DNA of 64,000 nt from Candidatus Woesearchaeota archaeon (GCA_021736975.1 JAIPET010000001.1:26147-90146); one strand, 5' to 3'; shown: positions 9,581-19,405, counted from the first letter of the stretch. The notes: generated from the letters alone by a model not told the origin. Numbers and translations are program-made.

Positions 9581-11254
9581 ATGGGTGATAAAAAAGACAT
9601 TCTTGTAGAAATATATGATGAAGTTTGTTCATATGAAAATTTAGAGCTAGCATTTCAAAGAGCCAGAAGGGGAAAAACACTAAAGCAGTATGTGATTGAT
9701 TTTGAAAAAGATTTAAAGGAAAATTTATTACAATTAAGATCGGAACTTCTTTTACATACATACGAACCAAGACCATTAAAAACATTCATTCTACGAGATC
9801 CAAAAACAAGAAAAATTAGTAAATCTGCATTTAGAGACAGAGTCATTCATCATGCAATATGTAACGTTATAGAACCTGTTTTTGATAAGCGATTTGTTCA
9901 TGATTCGTTTGCTAATAGAATTGGTAAAGGAACTCTTAATGCGATAAAACGATTTGATGTTTTCAAGAGAAAAGTATCTAAGAATAATACTATAAAATGT
10001 TATGTTCTTAAAGCAGATATTAAAAGTTATTTTGATACAGTTGATCATGAGATTTTAATAAAACTTCTATGTAAAAGAATTCATGATGGGAGATTAATGT
10101 GGCTAATTAGAATTATATTAAATAATCATCAAGGAAAAGTATCGAGTAAGGGGATGCCTTTAGGAAATCTAACATCTCAATTCTTTGCTAACGTGTATCT
10201 TAATGAGCTTGATCAATATGTTAAACAAAAACTGCGAGCAAAATATTATATAAGATATGTAGATGATTTTGTAATCCTACATCAATCTAGAATTCAATTA
10301 GAAGAGTATAAGGAAAAGATAGACCAGTTTCTCAAAGAAAAATTAGAACTAAAATTACATCCATTTAAATCTCAAATTATAAAATTAGAAAAGGGAATTC
10401 CTTTTTTAGGAATCAGAGTTTTTTATCATCACAAACTTCTTGTGAAAAAGAATATGAGAAAATTTGAGAAAAAAATGGAAGTTATGAAAAAAGATTACCA
10501 ATTGGAAAAAATAGAACGTGAAAAAGTAATAGAAAAATATGAGGGATGGATTGCCTATGCATCACATGCTAACACATACAAATATAGAAAACGGATGACT
10601 AGTAAATTAAACCATTCTTTCCCTGCTCAATCTGAAGTAAAAATTACTGCAGTAAAAAAACATGAGAATTTTCATAAAAAAGTAGATTTAAGTAAAATTG
10701 ACTTTACCCAACAAAAAACTCTACAATTAATTAATAGAGGAGTATCTATTGATAACATCGCTAAACAAAGAAACTTAAAGATTGGAACTGTTTGGGATCA
10801 TATCGCAAATCTAGTGGAATATCATCAAGTACCTCTTAAAAAAGTAATAACAACAAAGAAAGTTCATAAAATATTGTATGCAATAAAATCTCCAGAAGAT
10901 AAACTCAAAGATATCAAACAAAGAATAAATGATGAATCAATAAGTTATAATGAAATTCAAGTAGTACTTGCAAATGTAAAATCAAAGCATAAGAAAAAAA
11001 GTATTTCATATTATGTTGAATGGTATCAAAGAACAAACTGCTTTAGGAAATGCTATTACAATAAAGATCAAAGAAAAGAATGTCGAGTTAAATTTCAGCA
11101 ATTAGTAGCAAAAGGATTGAATATGGAGTTCTCAAAACATGATTTTCTGGATTTTTTTCATAATCATGTGAATATCTGTGTTCTACCTGAGAAAGATAAA
11201 AAAAGATTTATGTCTTGGGATGAATTTAAGAAATCAATTAAAAAGAAGCATTGA
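9581..11254 (+). CDS. DGR reverse transcriptase with about 180-aa C-terminal extension
   Basis: RT motifs: FDTVDH, GMPLGNLTSQFFANVYLNELD (DGR-type ...GxxxSQ) and YIRYVDDFVIL (YxDD); the extension carries an HTH-like segment and a Cys cluster. Confidence 0.85.
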   Translation: MGDKKDILVEIYDEVCSYENLELAFQRARRGKTLKQYVIDFEKDLKENLLQLRSELLLHTYEPRPLKTFILRDPKTRKISKSAFRDRVIHHAICNVIEPVFDKRFVHDSFANRIGKGTLNAIKRFDVFKRKVSKNNTIKCYVLKADIKSYFDTVDHEILIKLLCKRIHDGRLMWLIRIILNNHQGKVSSKGMPLGNLTSQFFANVYLNELDQYVKQKLRAKYYIRYVDDFVILHQSRIQLEEYKEKIDQFLKEKLELKLHPFKSQIIKLEKGIPFLGIRVFYHHKLLVKKNMRKFEKKMEVMKKDYQLEKIEREKVIEKYEGWIAYASHANTYKYRKRMTSKLNHSFPAQSEVKITAVKKHENFHKKVDLSKIDFTQQKTLQLINRGVSIDNIAKQRNLKIGTVWDHIANLVEYHQVPLKKVITTKKVHKILYAIKSPEDKLKDIKQRINDESISYNEIQVVLANVKSKHKKKSISYYVEWYQRTNCFRKCYYNKDQRKECRVKFQQLVAKGLNMEFSKHDFLDFFHNHVNICVLPEKDKKRFMSWDEFKKSIKKKH

Positions 11255-11312
11255 TTTGATACAAATTTAATAATCAATTATGATGGTAAATTAATTTAAC
11301 TCTTGAAATAAA

Positions 11313-11528
11313 TTACTTTTTAATATCTGAATCCTTGTTGGATATCACTTCTTGGATTAATAATTTGTAATAGTTTCCAAGTTCAATATCTTCTTCAGTC
11401 TTAGCCCAAACATCGTGGTCAAATTTGTTAAATCCCCATTCTTGTAGATATTCTTCTGCAAGTTTTTGGTCTTTGAAAACCATTAGTCCGCTGTTATCTT
11501 TCTTTAACAGTATGCATACTTCTTTCAT
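11313..11528 (-). CDS. hypothetical protein
   Basis: 71-aa ORF, no motif. Confidence 0.3.
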   Translation of the reverse strand: MKEVCILLKKDNSGLMVFKDQKLAEEYLQEWGFNKFDHDVWAKTEEDIELGNYYKLLIQEVISNKDSDIKK

Positions 11529-11602
11529 TTTGGATACCCCCTATTAATTAAAACTCACCCCTGAGAGTGGATAATACCTTAAAAGATATAATTTTTGTCA
11601 TT

Positions 11603-11863
11603 TTAGGATATTTTTCTTGTTTTTTTAGCATGGACTTCTTTCACTCTTTGAGTAAACCATGCAGATGCAAGGTCTTCTAATTCGGCTAGAAACTCTTGTT
11701 TTGCCAATGAAAATTCTAGTTTACTCTCTTTAGTTCTTTGATCCATTGATTTGAGATATTGTTTCACTTCTTTGAATGATTTCTCTAGTATCTCGTTTTG
11801 AATCTCTTTCTTACGAGCCATATTGAGTGAAGCGCTTACCTTTTTTAAATACTTTGCTATCAT
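11603..11863 (-). CDS. hypothetical protein
   Basis: 86-aa ORF, no motif. Confidence 0.3.
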   Translation of the reverse strand: MIAKYLKKVSASLNMARKKEIQNEILEKSFKEVKQYLKSMDQRTKESKLEFSLAKQEFLAELEDLASAWFTQRVKEVHAKKTRKIS

Positions 11864-11922
11864 TTAGGGATAACGATATTTCTCGAGTTTGTTTTTAGTT
11901 GTGATTTAGTTATTCTCTAGTT

Positions 11923-12201
11923 ATGACAATAAATTTATCATTTGACTGGAAAACCTACTCTTGGCTTAAAAGAGGTAATCGAAGGATCGAAGTTCTAAAG
12001 TTCCTTGCTAAATCTGAAAAGCCACTAACTGCAACTGATGTTAAAAAGGAGCAGAAAGTAGATATTACTCAATCTTCTTTTACTTTAAATGAGTTATGGA
12101 AGTTTAAGCTAATTGATTGTTTTAATCCAGAGGATCATCATGGTAAATTATTTGTAATCAATAAAAAAGGAATAAGTATGCTTGCTAAGCTGGAAAAATA
12201 A
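11923..12201 (+). CDS. winged-helix transcriptional regulator (ArsR/MarR-like)
   Basis: 92 aa; RIEVLKFLAKSEKPLTATDVKK...FKLI helix-turn-helix pattern. Confidence 0.4.
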   Translation: MTINLSFDWKTYSWLKRGNRRIEVLKFLAKSEKPLTATDVKKEQKVDITQSSFTLNELWKFKLIDCFNPEDHHGKLFVINKKGISMLAKLEK

Positions 12202-12256
12202 GGTTTATGTACACTCTAATAAAATAATATAAAGAAAAAAATAGATTTCTTTATCT

Positions 12257-13159
12257 ATGACAGATGAGCTTATCAAAGAGATAAATAGTTTTATTGAAGA
12301 ACTAGATAAGACAATAGAAGATTCATACGATTCTAAAAATATTATTGATAGTTTCATCGCCAATAATTATTCTACGTCAGAAGAGATTAATCAATTCATT
12401 GAACTTATTCAAGATCTTGATGAAGAAAAACCAAAGCAAGATCTAGAGGTTTTTGATGAAACACAAAATGAAATTTCCTTTATGTTGGAAGAACCATCAT
12501 CATTTATTGGTGATTCTCTTAAAAGACGTAATTTAGGAAGCGGTATATCAATTATAGTCGGATTTCTAAAGGATAGTACAAGAGCAAATTTAGCTTTACA
12601 AAGTTTCAGATTCAACAAGAAAGATCCATATAATTGGACTATGGATAAAGCTAAGGATTGGCTTAAAGGTAAAAAAGTCATTGAAGATAATAAAAGACAA
12701 GATCTCAAAAATCTTGAATATGTAACTATTGATGACGTTAAAATTCTCCATGTTCTAAAAGAAGGAACTAAACTAAGAATATTAGGAGTAGCAATTAGTG
12801 AGGGAGAATGGAACGGAATATTTTATCCAGCTAAAGAACTTGAGAAAGGATGTAAAAGTCTTGTAGGAAGACCACTAAGAATAGATCACTCATCAAGTTC
12901 AAGAGATATAGTTGGAAAAGTAATCAAATCAGTTTATGTTCCTGAGAAAAAGTGGATCGAGTTTGAAGCAATCGTAACTGATGAAGAGATTGCACAAAAG
13001 TTACTCGACAAACTTATTGATTCTGTTAGTGTCGGCGTACTCATAGATAAAGATGAGGTTGATGGTAAACCTGTGGCTCGTAATCTTGAGTTTAAGGAAT
13101 TAAGTTTAGTTGATGACCCCGCATGTAAAGATGCTAAGATTAAGCCTGTAAAAAATTGA
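12257..13159 (+). CDS. prohead serine protease (HK97 family) with N-terminal extension
   Basis: C-terminal ...ELSLVDDPA... motif and position immediately 5' of the scaffold and capsid genes. Confidence 0.5.
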   Translation: MTDELIKEINSFIEELDKTIEDSYDSKNIIDSFIANNYSTSEEINQFIELIQDLDEEKPKQDLEVFDETQNEISFMLEEPSSFIGDSLKRRNLGSGISIIVGFLKDSTRANLALQSFRFNKKDPYNWTMDKAKDWLKGKKVIEDNKRQDLKNLEYVTIDDVKILHVLKEGTKLRILGVAISEGEWNGIFYPAKELEKGCKSLVGRPLRIDHSSSSRDIVGKVIKSVYVPEKKWIEFEAIVTDEEIAQKLLDKLIDSVSVGVLIDKDEVDGKPVARNLEFKELSLVDDPACKDAKIKPVKN

Positions 13160-13233
13160 GTTCTGGATGACTGTCCTGCATATGGTATGCGAAAGTCAAA
13201 GCAAATAGAAAAACCTATGGAGGAGATTTTACA

Positions 13234-13701
13234 ATGGATGATGAACCAAAAGAATTGAAACAGGCAAAAGTCCTACTGAAGAAAGCTTCAGATGAACTTA
13301 ATGCCAAAAACTCCGAGATTGATAAATTAAAATCAGAGTCTGATAAAAAAGACAAGTTAATTTCGGAACTTACTGCAAAACACGAGGAGTTGTCTAAACA
13401 ACACACTGCAGTAATTGAAGAACTAAAACAGATCAAGCAAGAAGCTCGTGATGAAGTTCTAAAGAAACAGATTGAGTCAGAAGAGAAACTCGGAATTTTA
13501 GAAATGTCAAAAGAAGACAGACTAAAAGAACTAAGAGAACTTGACGAGAAAGGTGGCTTTGATCTGTATGCAAAACAGACAGAGAAAATGATGGAACTGC
13601 ACAAAGGTGTTGGTGACAGAAAGACTCTTGTCAATAATTCAAATCAACATAAGGATGCTAAGCAGGAGATTGCGAAAGCCCTTGGGATGGAGGCTGAATA
13701 A
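13234..13701 (+). CDS. scaffolding protein (coiled-coil)
   Basis: 155 aa, highly charged K/E-rich heptad-like sequence between the protease and capsid genes. Confidence 0.5.
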   Translation: MDDEPKELKQAKVLLKKASDELNAKNSEIDKLKSESDKKDKLISELTAKHEELSKQHTAVIEELKQIKQEARDEVLKKQIESEEKLGILEMSKEDRLKELRELDEKGGFDLYAKQTEKMMELHKGVGDRKTLVNNSNQHKDAKQEIAKALGMEAE

Positions 13702-13703
13702 AA

Positions 13704-14078
13704 ATGACATACGATATTCAAATTGATGAAGGTAAGAGTCCAAGTATGCTAATGGCATCAGCAGATCTTACCAAAGGGCAGTTTGTAGGTCTTGACTTAC
13801 AACCAGCTGTGGCAGGTGCAGACATCTTAGGAGTGTGTATCAGAGACTCGTTAGCGAATAATCCAATTTCATTGGCATGTATTGGTACTTTCTACCTTGA
13901 TGTAGAAGTTGGAGCTGCAGAGACAGTGAATGTTGGCGATGCATTGGAATTGAAAGATGCAAGTACGTTAATTGCTTTGAATCTTGGAACATCAGTAGCA
14001 AAAGCGTATGAGAAAATCGACAATAGTGCAGGTGGAACTTCCGTTGTGAAAAAGATTCCTGTTAAAATAATCAAATAG
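13704..14078 (+). CDS. hypothetical head protein
   Basis: 124-aa ORF in the head module. Confidence 0.35.
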   Translation: MTYDIQIDEGKSPSMLMASADLTKGQFVGLDLQPAVAGADILGVCIRDSLANNPISLACIGTFYLDVEVGAAETVNVGDALELKDASTLIALNLGTSVAKAYEKIDNSAGGTSVVKKIPVKIIK

Positions 14079-14094
14079 AGGAGGAAAGATCACA

Positions 14095-14901
14095 ATGAAA
14101 TCAATGAAAGAACTGTTTTCAACACAAGATGCGGCACCTATCATTAAAGAAATCATTGACGCTAATGTGTTCAAGGTTGCTACAAGAGAAAGGGTTGGTC
14201 GTCAAATCTTGCGATTAATAAATTTGAGCGAGGGCTCTTCAATAAAAATCCCCAAGATGGGTAAAGGAAAAGCGTATGTTATTCCTGAACTTGGAGAAAT
14301 CCCACTAGATGTAAGTACATTTGGCGATGTGGTTATCACACCATATAAGATTGGAAAAGCATTTGCTGTTCCATCAGAAGCTATCGAAGATTCAGCTTTT
14401 GACGTGATTAAACTAAAAGCAGATATGGCAACAGAAGATGTTGTTGCTAAAGAAGATGATGAAATCTTCAGAGTAATAAGTAATACTACAAACACTGTGT
14501 CTCCAAAGACTGTAGGAGAGTTTGTCCAGGAAGACGTTATTACTCTAAGAAATGCTGTCAACAAGAATAACTACAAAGCCAAGTTCTTAGTAGGTCATCC
14601 TGATGATATCGCTAAGCTTGAGAAAGATCTTATTAGCAAGGGCTATAAGGCTTTTGATAGACTTGACGAAGATGGAATCATCGGTAATGTCTCTGGATTA
14701 AGGGTTCTTGAAACTACAGCTGTGGAAGCAGGTTCTGTTATTGCTTTGGATAGCAGGGCAGTTGTGTTAGTTGAAAGACGACCTCTGAAGTTGAAGAACT
14801 TTGAAGATCCATTAAGAGATCTTGCAGGTGGAGTTACACTAACTGAAAGGGTAGCACCAGCAGTCCTTGATGACAATGCAATAGCGAAGATGATTTTGTG
14901 A
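14095..14901 (+). CDS. major capsid protein, HK97 fold (paralog 1)
   Basis: 268 aa, RBS-like GAGGAGG upstream, gene-order position; the C-terminal half is clearly paralogous to 14947..15684. Confidence 0.5.
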   Translation: MKSMKELFSTQDAAPIIKEIIDANVFKVATRERVGRQILRLINLSEGSSIKIPKMGKGKAYVIPELGEIPLDVSTFGDVVITPYKIGKAFAVPSEAIEDSAFDVIKLKADMATEDVVAKEDDEIFRVISNTTNTVSPKTVGEFVQEDVITLRNAVNKNNYKAKFLVGHPDDIAKLEKDLISKGYKAFDRLDEDGIIGNVSGLRVLETTAVEAGSVIALDSRAVVLVERRPLKLKNFEDPLRDLAGGVTLTERVAPAVLDDNAIAKMIL

Positions 14902-14946
14902 TCTTAACCGATCACATTTTTTTATCTTCTCTATGGAGGGTGACCT

Positions 14947-15684
14947 ATGGATTTAGTTAGTGTAAAATCTCAGATAATAGTAGAGACAAATAAGTTTCGT
15001 TTAGGTCCTGCTCTCTTTAAACTGCAACCATTATCAATTGGATCTGCAACTAAGATAAGTAAAATTAAAGGAGTCAATGGAGCGATAGTTCCTACTCTTG
15101 GCTCTGCCCCTATTTCTTTATTTGAAGTTGATACTGTAATTGCTTTTCCACTTACATTAAAATTACCTCTTCTTTTTTCTTCTGAAAGTTTCGAAGATAA
15201 TGATCTTGGATATATTATGCAAAAATCATTCAAAGAATGTTTTCATTTTGCAGATATAGAAAATCAGATTGTGATAGAAACACTTATTGCAGGATCAGGA
15301 AAGATCATAAGTGCAGAGAGCCACCCAAGCGTAAAAGAAACGCCTCTAATAAAAAATATTCATGAAGGTATGAAGTTCTTAGAAGATCATAAATATACGC
15401 CAAATAAGCTAGTAATTAACCCAGACATAGCAGAATCATTAAGACAAAGAGAAGAACTAAAAGAAAAACTTCAATCATATGCTATGGATGTCATAATCAA
15501 TGCATCTGTTCCAAAAGGGACTATCATCATTCTAGATAAAGATCACGCAGGACTGTTTATTGAAAGAGTGCCTGTTGAAATTAAAGATCACGTTGATTAT
15601 TGGAAAGATCAGAAAGGATTCCTACTTAGAGAAAGAGTTGTCCCTGTTGTAACAGATGGAAATGCTGTGGTGGTGATTCAATAA
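14947..15684 (+). CDS. capsid protein paralog (HK97 fold, paralog 2)
   Basis: 245 aa; LVINPDIAESL and ...FIERVPVEIKD...LLRERVVPVVTDGNAVVVI align with the corresponding segments of the preceding gene. Confidence 0.45.
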   Translation: MDLVSVKSQIIVETNKFRLGPALFKLQPLSIGSATKISKIKGVNGAIVPTLGSAPISLFEVDTVIAFPLTLKLPLLFSSESFEDNDLGYIMQKSFKECFHFADIENQIVIETLIAGSGKIISAESHPSVKETPLIKNIHEGMKFLEDHKYTPNKLVINPDIAESLRQREELKEKLQSYAMDVIINASVPKGTIIILDKDHAGLFIERVPVEIKDHVDYWKDQKGFLLRERVVPVVTDGNAVVVIQ

Positions 15685-16565
15685 TGGGAGTTGAAATTGA
15701 ATTACTTGAACAATTGAAAGAAGCTACCAAAGCTATTCAAACAGTAGCTGAAGCATTAACTATCAAAACAGATGGAAGTATCAACGTAAATGAACTTAAT
15801 CCTCTTCAAGAGATTATGTTAAAAGATGGAAGTGGGGCTATCTATAAAGCAAGAGTTAATTCAGATGGAAGATTACTTGTTGACACAAATCTTGTTATAT
15901 CTCCCGATGCAATAATTACTGATCCAATTGATCCAAATAAGAAAGCAAAAGTCAATTCCTCTGGAAGACTTCTCGTTGAAACTGAACAGCAGGGAGCAAA
16001 TGATACCATTATTGTAGATCCAATTGACAATGACAAAAAAGCTAAAGTGGATGCAAATGGAAGATTATTAGTAAGCGCTACCAGTGGGAACGGACTGCTT
16101 GGATCAGTAAAAATAGAAGATGCAACTGATTCAAGCAAGAAGGTTTTTGTTGATGCTTCTGGAAGAATGCTTGTTGCATTACCTCCACCAAGTCCACCTA
16201 TAGGTACAACTGAAGTTAAACAAACCAAGTTTAATGATGTTGGGGGAAATAGTGCTGATTATGATTATTATATAATTCCAAATGGGGAGACTATTAGAAT
16301 TCAGAAGCTACTTGGATCATCTGAAGATAGAGCAAAAGAATCATATGTTGCATTATGGTTAGACAATAATGGAGAAGACGCAACAGGAAGCGATGGTCAT
16401 GTAAACTGGAGTCTTATCTCTATAGCTTTCTCAAATATTAGCAATGTGAACTTCGATCTTAATGAAGAAGTAGTAGGAGATGGAATAAAAAGAATAGTTC
16501 TCCATAGAAGAAGAATGGATGCTGGAGCAAGATTGGTTTTTGCCAGATGGCAGGGGTATTACTAA
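15684..16565 (+). CDS. head decoration/fibre protein with tandem repeats of about 40 aa
   Basis: Repeats NSDGRLLVDTN / NSSGRLLVETE / DANGRLLVSAT / DASGRMLVAL. Confidence 0.45.
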   Translation: MGVEIELLEQLKEATKAIQTVAEALTIKTDGSINVNELNPLQEIMLKDGSGAIYKARVNSDGRLLVDTNLVISPDAIITDPIDPNKKAKVNSSGRLLVETEQQGANDTIIVDPIDNDKKAKVDANGRLLVSATSGNGLLGSVKIEDATDSSKKVFVDASGRMLVALPPPSPPIGTTEVKQTKFNDVGGNSADYDYYIIPNGETIRIQKLLGSSEDRAKESYVALWLDNNGEDATGSDGHVNWSLISIAFSNISNVNFDLNEEVVGDGIKRIVLHRRRMDAGARLVFARWQGYY

Positions 16566-16961
16566 ATGGCAACAGCTGAAACATACAAAGGAAAAATAGA
16601 ATTATACAACCCCGCGACCCAAGTAGACTTAACCACAGATTACTTGACTATCTTTGAAATTATCCATGAGGGTTTCATAGACATGATGAAACTTTCATTC
16701 AATAACTTATCTGATGTCGTGGTCAAGGTAACAATTGATGGAGAAACATATTATGAATTTAATCTTGAAGACCTCAAGAACCAAGTCAAACTCACAAAAG
16801 ATGAACAAGACACTTTCATGAATACAGCAAGTAATTCTTTTTGTGATTCATATCCAACTCCTTTATTCTTTGAGAGTTCAATCAAAGTCGAAGTGAAGAA
16901 ACTTTCAGGTAATAGAAAAATCAAAGGAGGCATCATAAGATACAGGTTGAAAGGTGATTAA
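16566..16961 (+). CDS. hypothetical structural protein
   Basis: 131-aa ORF in the co-directional block. Confidence 0.3.
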   Translation: MATAETYKGKIELYNPATQVDLTTDYLTIFEIIHEGFIDMMKLSFNNLSDVVVKVTIDGETYYEFNLEDLKNQVKLTKDEQDTFMNTASNSFCDSYPTPLFFESSIKVEVKKLSGNRKIKGGIIRYRLKGD

Positions 16962-16963
16962 TC

Positions 16964-17200
16964 ATGGTAACAGTTCAAGAAAAAATAGATGAAATCGAAA
17001 ACGGACTCAATTATGTAACAAACTCTCTAATCTTAAAGAGCCATGATGATAGGGGACTCGTCATCAAGTGGCTTGAACAAGATTTGGGTGTAGCCGAAAG
17101 AAAAGAAATTTTTATCGAACTCAACGAGGATGAGTCACATATGGCTGTTGAAAAAAGAACATCAATAAACAGTATAGAAGTTGAACCAGCAGGTGGGTAA
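16964..17200 (+). CDS. hypothetical protein
   Basis: 78-aa ORF. Confidence 0.3.
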   Translation: MVTVQEKIDEIENGLNYVTNSLILKSHDDRGLVIKWLEQDLGVAERKEIFIELNEDESHMAVEKRTSINSIEVEPAGG

Positions 17201-17288
17201 TCAAGATGGCTAATTGGAAATACAAAGTTGTACAAAGAAGAATTAAAGATGTTTCAGAATTAGCTCTGAACAATTTAGGTAACAACGG

Positions 17289-17603
17289 ATGGGAACTGAT
17301 ATTCATGAACCAATTGTGGAATGGCAAAATAATTGCTGTATTCAAAAAACAAACATAGGAGGGATAATTATGACAAACGTATATGTGAATGGAGAGTACG
17401 ATTGGAAATTAAGATTAAAGCTAGGTGCAAAGAGATTCCTTAAAGGATTAGGTGCATCTATACTTTTAACACTTATTCAATTCAGTGCAGAATTTCTACA
17501 AAACAATCCAGAGATCTTCCCACATGAATATACCCTATACACTGGACTTGTAGTTTCAGCATTACTTGGAATTGAAAAGGCAATCCAAAAAGAGAAGAAG
17601 TAA
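17289..17603 (+). CDS. small membrane protein (two predicted TM helices)
   Basis: 104 aa with hydrophobic segments GASILLTLIQF and LYTGLVVSALLGI. Confidence 0.3.
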   Translation: MGTDIHEPIVEWQNNCCIQKTNIGGIIMTNVYVNGEYDWKLRLKLGAKRFLKGLGASILLTLIQFSAEFLQNNPEIFPHEYTLYTGLVVSALLGIEKAIQKEKK

Positions 17604-17604
17604 A

Positions 17605-18087
17605 ATGGTTCAAAAAGAATACACAACAATAGATATAGTAAAATCCAGGATAGGCAATAAACACGTTGATACAGACGTGACTGATGCAGAAATTATTCAA
17701 TGGATTCAAGAAGCAAGTAACTTCATTGATTTATCTACCAAAAAAATAGGAATTGGTTTTGAAGAGACAGATCCATTGCATCCAACAGTCCAACAAATTG
17801 TTACAGATCTTGCAGTTATTAAGCTATTACTTAGAATAAGTGGGGCTGGTCTAGCTACTACTTCAGGACTTTCATATAAAGTTGGAGAATTCTCAGTAGA
17901 CAAGAAAAACTTAGAAGCATCTTCTATCAAAGAAATAAAAGTTTATGAGATCAGTGCAAAGGAGAGTCTCCTAACATTAAAAGAATATCTCAAAGTAGAT
18001 GATAAAAAATCGTTCATAGGTGCATCTGTTACGCAAGGAGAATCATCTCCAAATACAAATTATGGAGATAACTCACCTCAAGGATAA
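17605..18087 (+). CDS. head-tail connector/adaptor candidate
   Basis: Likely starts at the internal Met MVQKEYTT; position between the head and tail genes. Confidence 0.3.
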   Translation: MVQKEYTTIDIVKSRIGNKHVDTDVTDAEIIQWIQEASNFIDLSTKKIGIGFEETDPLHPTVQQIVTDLAVIKLLLRISGAGLATTSGLSYKVGEFSVDKKNLEASSIKEIKVYEISAKESLLTLKEYLKVDDKKSFIGASVTQGESSPNTNYGDNSPQG

Positions 18088-18089
18088 AA

Positions 18090-18464
18090 ATGGAAATTAA
18101 TACAGAAGACTTTGACAAAATAGTGGACTTAGATCTTGGAATAGATGTAACTTTAAGAAGAAAAACCACTACAGTTGATCCTGATTATGGAAGTTTAATC
18201 TCAGATTCAAATCAAGATACAATTATCAAAGTGGTCTGGCAAGAAATAACTGGGGAAGAGGAAAACTTTAGACCTGAAGGTGGGTTTAACATTGGAGACA
18301 TTAAGTGTTTTACAAAATCCAGTTATGAAAATGGGACTTTGATCATCGACTCAAAAACAGATACAATACTAAAAGGGGGAGTTGAACATAAGATCCTCAA
18401 AAATACTAATCACACAGTTGGTGATACAGTGGTGTACAAGGTGCTACATCTTAGGCTGAAATAA
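18090..18464 (+). CDS. head-tail joining protein candidate
   Basis: 124-aa ORF with tight coupling. Confidence 0.3.
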   Translation: MEINTEDFDKIVDLDLGIDVTLRRKTTTVDPDYGSLISDSNQDTIIKVVWQEITGEEENFRPEGGFNIGDIKCFTKSSYENGTLIIDSKTDTILKGGVEHKILKNTNHTVGDTVVYKVLHLRLK

Positions 18465-18492
18465 TATAAAGAAAAAAACATGATTTAGTTCT

Positions 18493-18855
18493 ATGGTCAA
18501 GATCAAAATAGAGAGTCCTGACCTGGCAAGAATCAGAAAGAAAGTGGACTCCTTTGCCGATAAGGGCTTTAAGGAAGATGTTCACGAATCGATAAGGAAA
18601 GTGCTTCCTAAGATTCATTCTGATGCATTTGATGACTGCCCTAAAAAGTCAGGGATCTTAGCCGCATCTTTGCATGTAGGCTTTGAAGATGAAGTCACAG
18701 GATATATTGCCGATGGAGTGTTTTATGGATTGTTCCAAGAAGAAGGAACTCGAACAATACCTGCAAAACATTTCATGAGAAATGCTGTAAATCACAATTT
18801 CCCAAGCGTGGGAGAAGAAGTGGTTGAGAAAGCAAAAAAGCGATTCAAACAGTAA
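18493..18855 (+). CDS. head-tail joining protein candidate (HK97 gp10-like)
   Basis: 120 aa, gene-order position. Confidence 0.3.
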   Translation: MVKIKIESPDLARIRKKVDSFADKGFKEDVHESIRKVLPKIHSDAFDDCPKKSGILAASLHVGFEDEVTGYIADGVFYGLFQEEGTRTIPAKHFMRNAVNHNFPSVGEEVVEKAKKRFKQ

Positions 18856-18889
18856 AGTTTGGGTATCTTCAAGAGCGAGGAGTCAAACA

Positions 18890-19351
18890 ATGGACAAAGA
18901 ACCAATTATAATAGTTCAAGATTTGCTAAGAAGCAATCTGTATGATTACAATACTTCTCGTTCTAGTGAATGGATTTATCCAGACTTTCCAAATGTAAAT
19001 TTAGGCAATCCATCTTATCCAAGAGTTTCTGTAACTGATGCAGACGAGCCAGCATCAAAAGTAACTGTTGGAACTAAAAGTGAAAAACAAATCATTGACA
19101 TTGATATCAATGTATGGGTTAAAGCTGGAGTGATCTATGAAAAGGATACAGAACAGTTTGAAGGAACTAAGCTAAGAGATGCTATCGCAAGAGCAATAGC
19201 CGACACATTACGAATTAATCAAAATCAACTGGCATCTGATGGATTGAACAATTACGAAAGAGTCAGTATGAAGACAATTAATAGTGAAGTTGCCGAGGGC
19301 ATTATGAGAAAGCAAATTACGATAAGGTTCACACGAATCATAATTGATTGA
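18890..19351 (+). CDS. tail completion protein candidate
   Basis: Probable start at the internal MDKEPIII. Confidence 0.3.
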   Translation: MDKEPIIIVQDLLRSNLYDYNTSRSSEWIYPDFPNVNLGNPSYPRVSVTDADEPASKVTVGTKSEKQIIDIDINVWVKAGVIYEKDTEQFEGTKLRDAIARAIADTLRINQNQLASDGLNNYERVSMKTINSEVAEGIMRKQITIRFTRIIID

Positions 19352-19405
19352 GTTTCAGAAAAAGAAAATGCAAAACAAAAAAACCAACATGGAGGATGAT
19401 TAAGA

